Shown here: in pieces, positions 36,635 to 49,500 of the stretch
How positions within the stretch are numbered: position 1 is the first letter of the stretch
Layout: the number at the start of each line of letters is the position of its first letter
Source of the DNA: Nemertoderma westbladi
Taxonomy: Eukaryota; Animalia; Xenacoelomorpha
Assembly (NCBI GenBank): GCA_032718475.1
Contig: JAUCBJ010004420.1
Location: 62,001 to 126,000 of the forward strand
Reading direction: 5' to 3'
Length of the DNA: 64,000 nucleotides
The notes under the pieces: model-generated
What the model was told of the DNA's origin: nothing
What the model saw: only the letters and a program-made list of their open reading frames with translations
Databases searched by the model: none
Program-made: the position numbers and the translations under genes

Positions 36635-37745
36635 ATGCTGCGATCTAAAACTACTTATGATTTTTTTGGTGTCTCATTAGAATTAAAGGGCTCGGTTTTA
36701 CCAACCGGATTACAATGTATGAAACATGTAATATTTCTGCGCGAGCAGAAAGTCAATGGGGTCACAAATACAGACGAGGAATGTCGTAGTTGCGCTGCTT
36801 CAGTTCTTCAAATTTGGGCAATGGCAGGAATTCCGGCAGTTTCCTCGGTGACTCGTCTTGGTAGTCGCATCAAGGAACTCTTTGATCGTAGTCGTAAACT
36901 TAAAAAAATTCCCGTTTCTCGCAGAACCAATTTGGCGGTCAAACAACAGTTTGCCAAATATGAAGCGGAATTGTCTAAACTATTGGATGTGGCCGTTTGT
37001 AAATGCGATTTTGAAAGTAAATGTCTGTGTAAGCCGAACGACAAAGTCCCTGAATGTGAACGAAACTTCTTATTAGATCAACGCGGTCAACGAATAATGA
37101 TAATTTCCAATGCGGTAGATGTTACTGAATCGAAAATACGAGCGCAAAGGAGGAAGCGTAATGAACGTACTATGTCTGGAGTCTCCCATACTAGTTGCGT
37201 ATCCCTGGGCGATAGTGCTATTTTAGACAGTGGCACAGATAGCGATAATAATGAAGCAAATTCTGAATTATCCTGTTGCGAAAACTCATTGGAGAAGGTA
37301 ATATTATACCAACCAACAACATCCACTCCAATTTCTAAAAGACTTCGTCTAACAAACGTTGCAGAAATCTCTGATAGGTATAATCTTAGTAATCGCGCTG
37401 CTGCTGCGGTTTACAATTCAGCAATATGTGACTCCGGGTCATCGGCAGATATTGTTGATCATAATAAGATCAGAAGAGAGAGGCAGAAACTTAGACAAAA
37501 TCTACAAATCGGATGCGGTTTAATTCAGCCCATTGGCTTGTATTTTGATGGACGTAAAGACCCCACCCTAACTGATGGAGGGCGGCAGATAATTAAAGAA
37601 GAGCATTTCGTGCTTGTTGGGGAACCTGGCTCTGCCTATTTAGGCCACGTGGCTCCGGTGACAGGAGCATCAGCTGATGTTACTTCTGCTATAATGGACT
37701 TCATCGATTCCAGTCCGAATATTTCTCTCGAAAATCTTGATGTTG
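36635..37745 (+). CDS. hAT transposase exon 1
   Basis: LPTGLQCM, IWAMAGIP, FLLDQRGQR, GLYFDGRKD (first catalytic D), EPGSAYLGH; donor G|GTAAG at 37745/37746. Confidence 0.85.
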
Positions 37746-38065
37746 GTAAGTTGTTGATATACTAATGTACCAGTATATATACTATGTAGTAAATAAATAT
37801 TGTAAATAAATAAATAAATAATGTTGGTATGTTGGTGATATACGAATGTATGCTGTAGTAAATAAATATTGTATATAAATAACTAAAAAAGTAAATACGA
37901 AATTAAAATTCGGAATGTAGGCTACTTTTAAAATTTTAATCTAAAATCGAGAAACGTATAAATATATAAATAATTATATTAGTCAGTGTAAATGTGAAAT
38001 GAAAATATGGACGTCGGACGTTACAAATTTATGTATATACTGGTTGGTACTTACTGAAATAATAA

Positions 38066-39263
38066 GGATGTAGGACAATTCGGTCCCGGACAATTCGGTC
38101 CCGGACAATTCGGTCCCAGACAATTCGGTCCAGACAATTCGGTCCCGGACAATTCGGTCCCGGACAATTCGGTCCCAAAACACTAAATAAATGGGACCGA
38201 ATTGTCCGGGACCGAATTGTCCGGGACCGAATAGTTCTAGGACCGAATTGTCCTAGGACCGAATTGTCCGGGACCGAATTGTCCGGGACCGAATTGTCCG
38301 GGACCTAATTGTCCGGGACCGAATTGTCCGGTTCCTGATAGCAACTTTTTAGTGCTTTTTTTGATATTGGTGAATGTTCTAGAACATTAGTAGAGATATT
38401 TGTTTTGGTAGCTAGTGTTATTTACTTGCTAGAATTTTTTGAAATTTTAAAAATACTGTATTTTTTTTATTTTTGTTATTGGTAGTGTTCGAGAACATTA
38501 TTATATATTATTTATTAAGATGTAGCTAGTGTTTTTTTTTACTAGCTAACATTTCCTTGAAATTATAAAAATACCTGTGAAAACAATGATATTTCAGAAT
38601 TAGGCCTAAACTGTTGCTGATTATATTAATTACCAACAATATTGATGATATTATAACAGTCCCTGAATGAGATCCAGCTAATATCTAGGATAATAATTTA
38701 GGCTTGTTAACCAGCCAACAACACATACAGTATACTTACGCAATATATTAAAAAAAATCAGCTTTAAACATTTTAAATACATACTATTACTAGCTAGTAA
38801 ATAATTCACAAGCTCCATAAAAACACCATAGCTACCATAAATAATAATGTTAACAAAAAAAAAGTAAATTTTTTTATTTAAAAAAAATACTAGCTAGCAA
38901 AAAAAAACACTAGCTACCATATAATAATATATATTAAGGTTCTAGAACATTCACCATTATATAGTACAGTACCAATTAAATTTGGTCCCGGACAATTCGG
39001 CCCCTACAATTCGGTCCCGGACAATTCGGTTCCGGACAATTCGGTCCCATTAATATGCATGTTTTGGGACCGAATTGTCCTAGTCAGTATCCGGACAATT
39101 CGGTGCCGGACAATTCGGTCCCAAAACATAAAATTAATGGGACCGAATTGTCCGGGACCGAATTGTCCGGGACCGAATTATCCGGACCGAATTGTCCGGG
39201 ACCGAATTGTCCGGGACCGAATTGTCCGGACCGAATTGTCCGGGACCGAATTGTCCTGCTTCC
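38066..39263. mobile_element. Non-autonomous Mutator/foldback-like element (MITE) in the transposase intron
   Basis: Termini GGATGTAGGACAATTCGG / CCGAATTGTCCTGCTTCC; 9-bp TSD AAATAATAA at 38057-38065 and 39264-39272; arrays of the 15-bp GGACAATTCGGTCCC unit in both orientations. Confidence 0.85.
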
Positions 39264-39430
39264 AAATAATAAACGTATAGGCCTATATAGGCGTATATAT
39301 TTAGGCGCATTAAGCTCAAACTGAAATCAACTACCGAAAAATCTAAATACAGTAGGCAATAGGAAAAGTTATGTAGAGGTATAACGGTATTTATTATTTA
39401 AAAATTATTGTTTACATTGATTTTTTTCAG

Positions 39431-40548
39431 TTGGATGCGATAGCACCAGCGTTAATACTGGCTGGAAAAACGGAATAATTGTGAACCTCGAACGGAAACT
39501 AGAAACACCACTTCAACATGCGATATGCCTCCTTCACATCAACGAGCTTCCACTTCGACATCTGATAATAGAACTTGACGGTACTACAACAGGAAGCAAC
39601 ACATTTTCGGGTCCAGTTGGGAAACTCCTTCATAATTGTCACAAATTTAGCCCTGTTATATTTGAGCCTATTATCAATAATAATTTTCCTGAACTTGAAC
39701 AGTCTGTTTCTTCCAAACTTTCGAGTGATCAGCGATATTTATTTGATATCTGCAATGCAGTAATATCTGGAGAACTATGTGAATCAACCGCCAATAAAAC
39801 TCCAGGACCTATCAGTCACTCGAGGTGGCTTACAACTGCGTCAAGAATCCTTCGGCTTTATGTATCTACCGAAGATCCATCTGATGTACTTTCCCGTCTT
39901 TCTTATTTTGTGATAAATATATATGCCCCTTCCTGGTTTAATATAAAGCGTAATTGGGAGATACAATACGGGGCTTTACACTTCCTCCATATGTTGATTT
40001 TGTGTGACAAGTTACTCCTCGATAATGAAAAGACCATTATATTTCCAGTTCTCCGTCAAGGGGCATATTATGCTCACAGCGAAAATGTATTATTATCTTT
40101 GTTGTCATCTGAAGATAAGGACACTCGATTTCAGGCGTTTGATATAATACGTGAAATTAGAATATCGAAGTTGATAACTAGTGAGCCAATCATTAGAGTG
40201 TTCCGTACCCCTCACATATCGTGTACCGAGAATACATTATTAGAGCTACTTGAAACTAATGAAGAGAAACATCAACCCCCTTTAATAGCTAATAAATCTC
40301 TTACTGAGCTACAAATGTTACTGGAGAAAGGTCCTATGAAATGGGAAATTCCATGTCATTCCCAGAATGTGGAACAATTGGTTCAATGCGTGTCAACTGT
40401 ATCCAAACGAGTCTGCGGTGTTAAGGAGAGAGATGGCTACATTAGAACTCAATTATCTAGTCGCCAAACAATGCCAAAATTTAATTCTAAGAAAGATTTT
40501 AAGCTAAAGATAAACCTTAATATCCCCAGTAGTACAGATGGTGTTTAG
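39431..40548 (+). CDS. hAT transposase exon 2
   Basis: Acceptor TTTTCAG|; splicing gives LDVVGCDSTSVNTG (second D), CLLH (CxxH), SHSRWLTTA and CHSQNVE (catalytic E); joined ORF is 742 aa. Confidence 0.88.
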
Positions 40549-41473
40549 TTTGAGTTATTGGATTCTGATTTTTCTTATATTGTGTTGGTGGTGATTAATA
40601 AAGCATCTTGATAGTACTGATCTCGTCCAGACTAATTACAATGTTCACAGACCCAGTTCTACTGTTTATTATCACAAATTTTAGGGATAAGTTGGTTAAA
40701 TATACACATTGACAAACATAATGACATAAATAACGATATTTTTTTGCGTATTCGTGAAAAGCAACCTACTTTGGTGACTAGGTGCGGGGGTAGAACATAT
40801 ATGAAATTGTAAAATTATCGTTTCTTACAAATAACTAACTAACCAAGAATGCTATAAAATATGGGAAAGTTGAAATATAAAAGGAAAAAAATTTCATAAA
40901 AAATTTAATTTTTGAAAAAACGTTCGAAACAAAGTTGGCTTGTGCGGGGGTCAAATGTAAAAATAAAATGTTTTCATTTGTTTTGAAGTTATTTTTAATG
41001 AATTTGGCATCCCATTTACGATAGGAAAATTGAATTATCGAAAAAAAAAAATTTTTGACACACCCTAATATGTATAGCAGCACCGCAATGACGGTTGAAC
41101 TATGTCGCCGGTCCGCAGTGAACTGATGACTGAGTAAACTAACTGACCGGTAATGGGATGCAACATAATATATATATACCCCTACTCTACTGTGGCCTTA
41201 CTACCTAGCAGATGCTCTCCCTCGCCCCTCATTGGCTAACAACCTAATTCTCGGAGTGGGAGTGCTTCCCCCCCCCCCCGCTGCTGTCACTTCCCTTCTC
41301 GAGGTAGCTTGACCTCTAACCTCTTTTGTGTGGCTCTTTGGGGCTATATGTTGTCTCCGTTATTGGGGGTGATACAATATTAATTTGTGATTAACCTCAT
41401 ATCCCCCAATATTGCTGAAAACGCCACTTCCCAACTTTATGGGGTTGGTGAGGCGGAATTGAATCCGCTCACA

Positions 41474-42382
41474 ACAGCCACAGCATCAGCCACAGCCACA
41501 GCCACAGCCACAGCCACAGCCACAGCCACAGCCACAGCCACAGCCACAGCCACAGTCACAGCCACCGCCACAGCCACAGCCACAGCCACAGCCACAGCCA
41601 CAGCCACAGCTACAGCCACAGCCACAGCCACAGCCACAGCCACAGCCACAGCCACAGCCACAGCCACAGCCACAGCCACAGCCACAGCAACAGCCTCAGC
41701 CACAGCCTCAGCCACAGCCACAACCACAACCACAGCCACAGCCACAGCCTCAGCCACAGCCTCAGCCACAGCCACAGCCACAACCTCAGCCACAGCCACA
41801 GCCGCAGCCACAGCCACAGCCACAACCACAGCCACAGCCACAGCCACAGCCACAGCCACAGCCACAGCCACAGCCACAACCACAGCCACAGCCACAGCCT
41901 CAGCCATATCCACAGCTACAGCCTCAGCCTCAGCCACAGCCACAGCCATAGCCACAACCAAGGCCTCAGCCACAGCCACAGCCACAGCCTCAGCCACAGC
42001 CTCAGCCACAGCCTCAGCCTCAGCCACAGCCACAACCTCAGCCACAGCCACAGCCAAAGCCACAGCCACAGCCACAGCCACAGCCACAGCCACAGCCACA
42101 GCCACAGCCACAGCCACAGCCACAGCCACAGCCACAGCCACAGCCACAGCCACAGCCACAGCCACAGCCACAGCCACAGCCACAGCCACAGCCACAGCCA
42201 CAGCCACAGCCACAGCCACAGCCACAGCCACTGCCACAGCCACAGCCACAGCCACAGCCACAGCCACAGCCACAGCCACAGCCACAGCCACAGCCACAGC
42301 CACAGCCTCAGCCACAGCCTCAGACACAGCCACAGCCACAGCCACAGCCTCAGCCACAGTCACAGCCACAGCCACCGCCACA
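41474..42382 (+). repeat. (GCCACA)n hexanucleotide tract in the left arm
   Basis: ~900 bp of GCCACA with GCCTCA/ACCACA variants. Confidence 0.97.
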
Positions 42383-43108
42383 ACCTCACCCCCAGCCACT
42401 TCTCCAGCACACCACTTCTCCCCACAGGAGATTATTTGTTTATCTGTTGAAAAAATGTTTAACTAATTTGATGTTTTGGTTACCCATTCATTAAGCATTT
42501 AAAATAGGATCAAGTTGACTTTATTTGTCTAATTAAACATATTATTATGAAATTACATAATTAATACGACTAAATATAATAAATATTTCAAACAATCAGT
42601 TATAATTAATGTCTCACATTAACTGTACGACTGTTCATACGCCTAGGTCGATATACAACAGTTGCTGGAGATATAACTTTTCCATTCCCTACTCTGATTT
42701 TCTGTCCATTTTCATTGTCATTCTCCTCTGATTCTTCCTCACTGCCATCGCTACTGGGAGTGAGGCAAGCCTCTTGTCTTGTATGCCTAACTTTATGCCT
42801 CACTATACCATACACAAACCTCACTTAATAAGCAATAGCCTCCCATATATAAATTTAAATTATTAACAATAATCTTTCAATCTATTAATAATGTTCCATC
42901 TTCTGATTACTGAGAATTATATTTGTAAGTGAATCAATCCCTAGCTAAACAAACTGAAAATTTTGAAAAAATTATAGATGTAGACATTTAAAAACATAAT
43001 ACAGTTTTCTTGCATAAAATGTCTAGTTATGAAAAGTGCATGGTTTGTGATAAAGAAATGAGACGAGACAGTATATCCCTCCATATGAGTATACATAGAA
43101 AGTAATAT

Positions 43109-45299
43109 TGTTACGGTATATGGCGCTGTATCCACATTATTAGCCATCATACAGTATAATATGTTTGTTATTGTGCAGTATAATTATTTAGATAAGGCAC
43201 AGTGCGGTGACATTTAGGTAAGGAAGTTAAAACGCCCATATATTTTGAATTCATCCATTTTGTATAGTATGTAGCCCTACCTACGTAATTTTGTATTAGG
43301 ATATATGTAGATAGTCCCAGGGTAGCAAGTTTATTCGGACCCTGGATTTTGTGCTTGCTGATATTAGCATCAATAGGGCTAGCATATAGGGACGCTGTCC
43401 TGGCCATTCAGCAGCCAGGGACGTGAACCATTACCATATATGGTAATAATTCGAGGTTTGGGCAAGCAATAAGGCTACAATCCGGCCTCCTTATTGGACT
43501 AACTGCTTCCAGGTTGGTCTAATGCTAGCACGGACTGGAGAGCCAATAGGAGAGCGATTGAGTCACCCTATTGCATCACCCCATCCGGATCACCTATAAA
43601 TTGGCGGTGTGCCGGTAGAGCCTTACTGTTATTCCTCACATGATCTGCTATCACCTTTGTACTTGCTGAGCTGTCTCTATTCATTTTTGACGGATATTTT
43701 AGCGTATTTTCTGCAATTTGCTAATTTTGATTAGTTTCTTGAAATGATTTGCTAGTGCGATTACTCTTGATTGTGTTTCTCAATTAATTCCTTCGATTAC
43801 TGCTAATTACAACTGAACTATGATTTCTACCTTTTGATTAATGGTTCTATGTGATTCTTTTCTGCGCAATAATCCTAAGGGATTTCTGAGACTGTCAGAC
43901 TTTGTGATTTGCATGCGCCGCTACGGTAGCTATTAGCATAATGGAGGGCTAAGGTGCCAGTAGGCGGTGGGCACATCGGGGGGTTGGGCGACTAAGGGAG
44001 AGCGGAGGATTCAAAGGCGGGCAACGCTGGCGGGGGTCAACATTGCGGTCGGGCAGTTTGGACTGTGGGTTGGAGACCGCTCGCCGGTACAGTAATTAGG
44101 GGGCTGATGATCCAAGGTTTTGTCTCTATTTAGTATTAGGGGGCAGGAATTGGGTTAGTTAGGAAGCCTAGATGTACCCGGGAGGGGCCTGCATACCTTA
44201 CAGTAAGTAAGTTGCGAAGTAAGTAGTTTGCGAATTAGTCAATTGCGAATTATTATGTTGCGAATTATATAATTGAAGATTGTATAATTGCAAGTCGTGC
44301 TATTGTGATCTGTGATTGCTGACGCTGATTGGTGTGTTACTGAAGTGTGCCTATGATTACGATTGCTTAGGTAGGCGCCCCCTTTTTCTTTGATTGATTT
44401 CTATTTCTTAGTTACAACAAATAGTTACTGATTAGGTCAAAGTAATACGGCAATTTAGGCTATTACTAGCGAAACCTGTTGCGAAATAAATTAGAATTAC
44501 GCATTCTGGAACTCTTAGTAATTAGTACGCTGTTACATATTTGTGACTGTAATTGATTAGTAAAATTAAGAATTAGTACGCAGCATAGCGGAGAGTAGCT
44601 AAGGTAATAATTTAGAGTACCGTAAACTATTCACGCTGAGCGGTTATTTGCATTAGCGGGCAATAAACTAGATCGCAGTAGTCAGTACGCAAGACACTAG
44701 TAAATTGCTGGCCTAAAGCCAGCTGCAGGCAAGTTTAGACCCAGAGCGGTAACACCTACGAAAGACATTGTACTGTACCATTTTGATTATTTTAAATATT
44801 CTCGCATTCACATATTCCATTGGGGAACCCCCAGTATTCGTGATTAGAAAAGACGTAAGCATTAGCGTATTTCAGTAGTAAAATTAGGCGTAAGAATACT
44901 TTGAGTGCAAAGCCCCTCGCACTCGTCTTAAGTAAGCTTAGGGAGCCGACTCGGGTTTATTGTTTTGGTTATTCCCGCGTGGCTCATAGATTCGAACAGT
45001 TAGCTCTCTATCGAGCGATCGGTAGAGAAAGGAACAAGCGATTTTGCAGGAGCCGTGTAAATTTAGTAAAATATATTAGCGGACGGCAGATTAGCGCCAT
45101 CCAACGGTAAGTAGCGGTTTTGTATTTAGCAACCTTTACAATTTAGTAATAGCACGCTCCTGATCCCCTTTACTTAACAGTAGAGCAGTCTTTGTGTCTT
45201 ATTGGTTAGGCGAGAGCTCATTAGGTTGGCAGAGAGGTATACGGGTATTTGTCTGTTCAACAGTTCTGCTGTTAGTATAGGTGTCGCGGTTGTTTAACA
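43109..45299 (+). repeat. 5' LTR of Bel/Pao 2 (2191 bp)
   Basis: TGTTACGG...GTTTAACA; only about six substitutions seen by eye versus the 3' LTR. Confidence 0.95.
43595..43600 (+). promoter_or_regulatory. Candidate LTR TATA box with upstream CCAAT motifs
   Basis: CCTATAAATT preceded by GCCAATAG at ~43542 and ATTGG at ~43493. Confidence 0.55.
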
Positions 45300-46537
45300 G
45301 TACAGCAGTAAGGTATGTATTTTGTTTGCTGTACTGCGTACAGTGAGTACGATTAAGATTACAATATTAGGTACCGGTACTGTACTGCGTACAGTAAATA
45401 GAGTATATTCTTAGGCTGAGTAGATTAGATTTACTGTTACTTTGTAACAGTAAGGTATGTTTTATTGGCTGTTGCTTGCAGCAGTCAAGAGTGTATTCTT
45501 AGGCTGTTAGGTTAGATTACTGTATTCACTGGTCGCATACAATAGTACAGTAGTACATTAGGCTGATTGCTGTTACTGCGTACGGTAGAAGGGACATTTG
45601 TTTTGCCATACCACACACAGTATCATTAGGCTGTTAGGTTGGTGTACTGTTTTACTTACTGTACTGCGTACAGTGAATGTACGGTAGTGCGTTTTTACTA
45701 ATTGCGAATACAGCAGTTCCTTAGGCCTTAGGGCAAACTGTAATTAGTAAGTTTTTTGAAAATTTTAGCTAGGTTTGCGAGAATTCAGTTTCGGTCAAAA
45801 TTATTTTGTAAAATTCTAGAGTTTTGTACCGGTATGTTAGGTAACCGCTTAGTTATTTTATACCATCTGGAGATACATGGCAAGACGGAACTTCTGAGTT
45901 TGGGGTTTGTGTGGGTCTGCGGGTTCGGTTTGCAATCAGCGAAGGGCCTGTGAATCTTTGGACCCGGACGTGGAATCTCACAGCAAACAAGGTTAGTTGT
46001 TCTGTTGGCACCATTGTGTTTGTGGAAGCAGTAAAAAATTATCGGTTGTTTAACTGCGAAGCTGAACTCAATTTATTAGTTAGGATATTTAGGTTTAGCC
46101 GGCCATGGTTTTTTGAATCGCTCAAGTTAGAGAGAGAGTTAGAGAGAGTCGCAACCCGAAGATGTAGCCACGCGCTAGTGGATACATATAATATTTGAAA
46201 TTAAAATTACGTTGATTAGAGCTATATATATAAAATTAGAAATATTCGGGTGGCAAGTTTATTTTGAATATTTTGTATTAGATTCAAAGTTATTTTGTGC
46301 TATACCGGTATTTAATGCTATATAATAGCTAAATAATAATATTTTTGTTTAAATATTGTGCTAGTATTTGCTATAACTATACCCCATTAAATTCACAATA
46401 TTGCATTGCGAATTTATTTGACATTTTGGACCAACTGATTATTAGACAAATAATTTGACCGTATTTCGGTTAAATTATAATTATATCTCGAACTTTTGCG
46501 AGATATTTTTGCCGGAAGGCAAAACATTATTAAGACC

Positions 46538-49500
46538 ATGAGTGTCTCAGACAAAGAGGCACTAGAGGACAGCTATGAGACGGCGGCTGGACCGCCGACT
46601 GACGATAGCGTAAATATTACTGTTGACGACAATGCCGACTATGACGACGCAGCGAGCGACGCTGACGTAAGTGAACAGGAGGACGAGACAGTGACTAGTG
46701 AGGAAGAAGAACTACCTCAGGTAATAGTATTAGGATCCCCTACCGCTACTGTAAGGAAGGATTGTACAGCAACCCGAACAGAGGTGAGTGATAGGGAGGG
46801 AAGTGTAGCAGAAGCGAGAGCCCGGAGCCCGGTTTCCAGACCTGTGGGTATGGTAAGTGCCGTGGTCCTGACGGCTGTTAGGAGTACCCGTAGTTCCCGA
46901 AATAATTCTTCAAGTCCACCGAGTGTGAGTCAGGTAAGCGAGAGAGAACTAGATATCGTGATAAGGAAGAAACTTCGCGCGCACGCCGGACATATAACTC
47001 GGACGACGGACAAGGTAAGGAAGATGTTAGCTGACTCAGCGAACATCGGGAGGGTAGAATTAGTAGAGATTAGAAGAGGATATAACTCAGCGTTATTCAA
47101 GCAGACGGAGGAGCTTGCAGTCCTAGCGAAGAAGGCAGTAGAGTCTCAGTCGAGCGACGTGGCGACGAGGATTTACGACAGGGTTTTAGCAGCCTTGTTG
47201 GAGCACCGCGAGTTATCGGAGCAATTCCGACGAGTTAGGACGGAGAACTGGCTGCTATGGGCATCACGAGCGCAGGCGACTCAGGTGAGTGACGCAGAGT
47301 TGAGAGACTTAGTGGAGCGGGAAGAGATCCAAGATAAAGAAGAGCGCCGTTATCAGAGGGAAGTTACTAGCTGGCTGATGCAGAATGGAGTGGTGGTACC
47401 AGGCCAGGTGCTACCGACGACGGAGAACATTCAACAGAGGACGTTGACTCCACCCGACGACGCATCCAGAGACAGTGGCGATTCCCAGGTTAGTCACGCG
47501 CGAGGGAAGGTTATATGTGCTAGATCCCTTGTTTCTCACAACTCGGCGGAGGAGAGAAGACGCCGACTGGACGAACAACAGGCGGAAGTTTTGCGTGCAT
47601 CAGAAGCACGGAAGGAAGCCGAGCGGGAACGGGAGCGCACACGTAAGTTAGACACAAAGTTGCGAGAGTTGGAAGAGAAAGGTAAGCGCGAGCAAGCGGA
47701 ACGCGAACGCAAGGAACGCGAACTCCAGCTCGAACGCGAACGGAAGGAACGCGAACGCAAGGAACGCGAACTCCAGCTCGAACGCGAACAAAAGGAACGC
47801 GAACTCCAGCTCGAACGCGAACAGAAGGAACGCGAACAAAAGGAATACGAACTTCAACTCGAACACGAGCGCAAAGAACGCGAACTCGAGATCGAGAAGG
47901 AGCGACGGGCGTTGTATGAAGAGAAGGCGCGGGTGGAAGAAGAGAGCGCAGGGAGACGAGCGAGGGAAGAAGAAGAACGTAAACTGGCGCAGTTGGAAAG
48001 TGCGAGATTAAGTTTAGAGAGCGAAGAACGGACTAGGAAGGCGAATGAAATCGCCGAGAAGGGGATGCGAATGATCGAAGAATGTGGGGCGAGTGTAGGG
48101 ACAGAGTTGCGAGAACTGTTCGCACTGCAGAAGGCCGAACAGGAAGCGAGAACTCCGACCATACGCGAGTCGACGACGACCAGAATTCCTATACCCGGTC
48201 CAGCTATTACGAGTACACGGATCGCTAAACCATTCTCTACATATCGCACGCCAGTTGGTATTAGTGCTTCACCTATTGCGCAGAATCCACGGCATCAGAA
48301 CACCGCACCACTATACACCGAACGAGACAACGGAGAGCGTAGAGAAACTCCGACGGGACGAGTATTTGGCGAACCGAACCCGCGGGTTTGGAATACGCGG
48401 ACAGAACGCCGACACAGTTCGACGGAGAACTTCCGGGTTAAACCGGAAGAGGGATCATATGAGAGACAGCGAATTACTCAGATAGAGCCGACTATACAAC
48501 AGAACCCTAGCCAGGAATTTATTACGAGGGATGAGTTAAGTGCTAGTTTAGCGCAAGCTATATCGCCACACATCCAACCTATAACGGACATGCTTAGCAA
48601 CCTACGGTTAAAGGAAGCAGCCCAGGTAAGAAGTAATTCTAATCCTAGCAGGCCTGAGTTAGACAAAGTCCAGCCTAGTCAACGAGTACGCATATCGGAG
48701 GAGACTATACCACATAGACCTCAGGTAAGGACGCCTGTCCCGAATATTCATAATCCCAATTTCGAAAATTCGGCGGAGAAATTTATTGAGGAAGCTTGGG
48801 TCAGGGCCTCGGCGCGCAAATCATCGCGAGCGCTAAGAACTGACACAGAATCGAGCGATGAAGAGGAAGAAATGAGACGTCACAAGTCCCGAAACTATAA
48901 GGAAAGAAGGACCGACGCGGAGCAGGTAAGTTGGAACCACCGGGAAAGGACCAGACTTAACAACCCTGCGGAACTAAACCATTTGTTAACCCGGAACGAC
49001 GCAACCCTTAGGGACATAGGTAAGTTTGCTGCTAGGCAAGGACTGCCGACGCAACAACCCCAAAAGTTTATGGGCAACCATAAGCACTGGAGGACCTTTA
49101 GAACCTATGTCGACGAGCAGCTAACCAACAGCACCTTTACTCCCAACGAGAAGTTCAACTATTTGCTTCAGATGCTCCATCGAGAACCTAGAGCCATTGC
49201 TGATAACTTCGTCGGCAATGAGAGCGCATTCGAGTTAGCGATGAAGACGCTTAGCGACATCTACGGGAATAAAACCAAGATGGCACAGTCGATAGTAGAA
49301 GACTTGGGTAAGGGCGGAAGGATTACAACTCCGTTAGAGCTGTTGAACTTAGCGAACGCTATTTCGAACGCATTGGACATCTTAAGGATGGTGAATCTAC
49401 CTCATCATGGTGATCACGCCGAAGTTTTAAAGAGCGTAATAAGACGTCTAAACATGCGTTACAGACAGAAATGGCGCAAATTAGAGAATAAGTTGGAGGG

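Larger units (their letters stand above)
36120..41067 (+). mobile_element. hAT-superfamily (hATm-like) DNA transposon
   Basis: TIR TAGGGTGTGTCAAAAA, with imperfect inverted similarity over ~300 bp; 8-bp TSD ATATGTAT at 36112-36119 and 41068-41075. Confidence 0.92.
35947..41473 (-). mobile_element. Solo LTR (~570 bp without the hAT) of a Bel/Pao-1-related family
   Basis: Minus strand starts TGTGAGCGGATTCAATTCC...GCAATATTGGGGG and ends GATCCCGTCACA, like the Bel-1 LTR; 5-bp TSD ACAGC at 35942-35946 and 41474-41478. Confidence 0.85.
16658..42755 (-). repeat. Left arm of a long inverted repeat, in four pieces (16658-16714, 17377-17519, 35762-35946, 41479-42755) split by insertions
   Basis: After removing RTE-2, RTE-1 copy B and the solo LTR at their TSDs, the pieces are colinear with the reverse complement of 62078-63825. 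Confidence 0.85.

Noticed and set aside
38066-39263. 15-bp arrays as CRISPR, or their ORFs (TELSG/DRIVR/GPNCP) as proteins
   Set aside because: Head-to-tail repeats with no spacers; they are MITE subterminal repeats.
41387-42466. Poly(Ala-Thr), poly(Val-Ala) and poly(Trp-Leu) ORFs here and at 62380-63469
   Set aside because: Stop-free translations of a hexanucleotide microsatellite; the 41387 ORF even starts inside a solo LTR.
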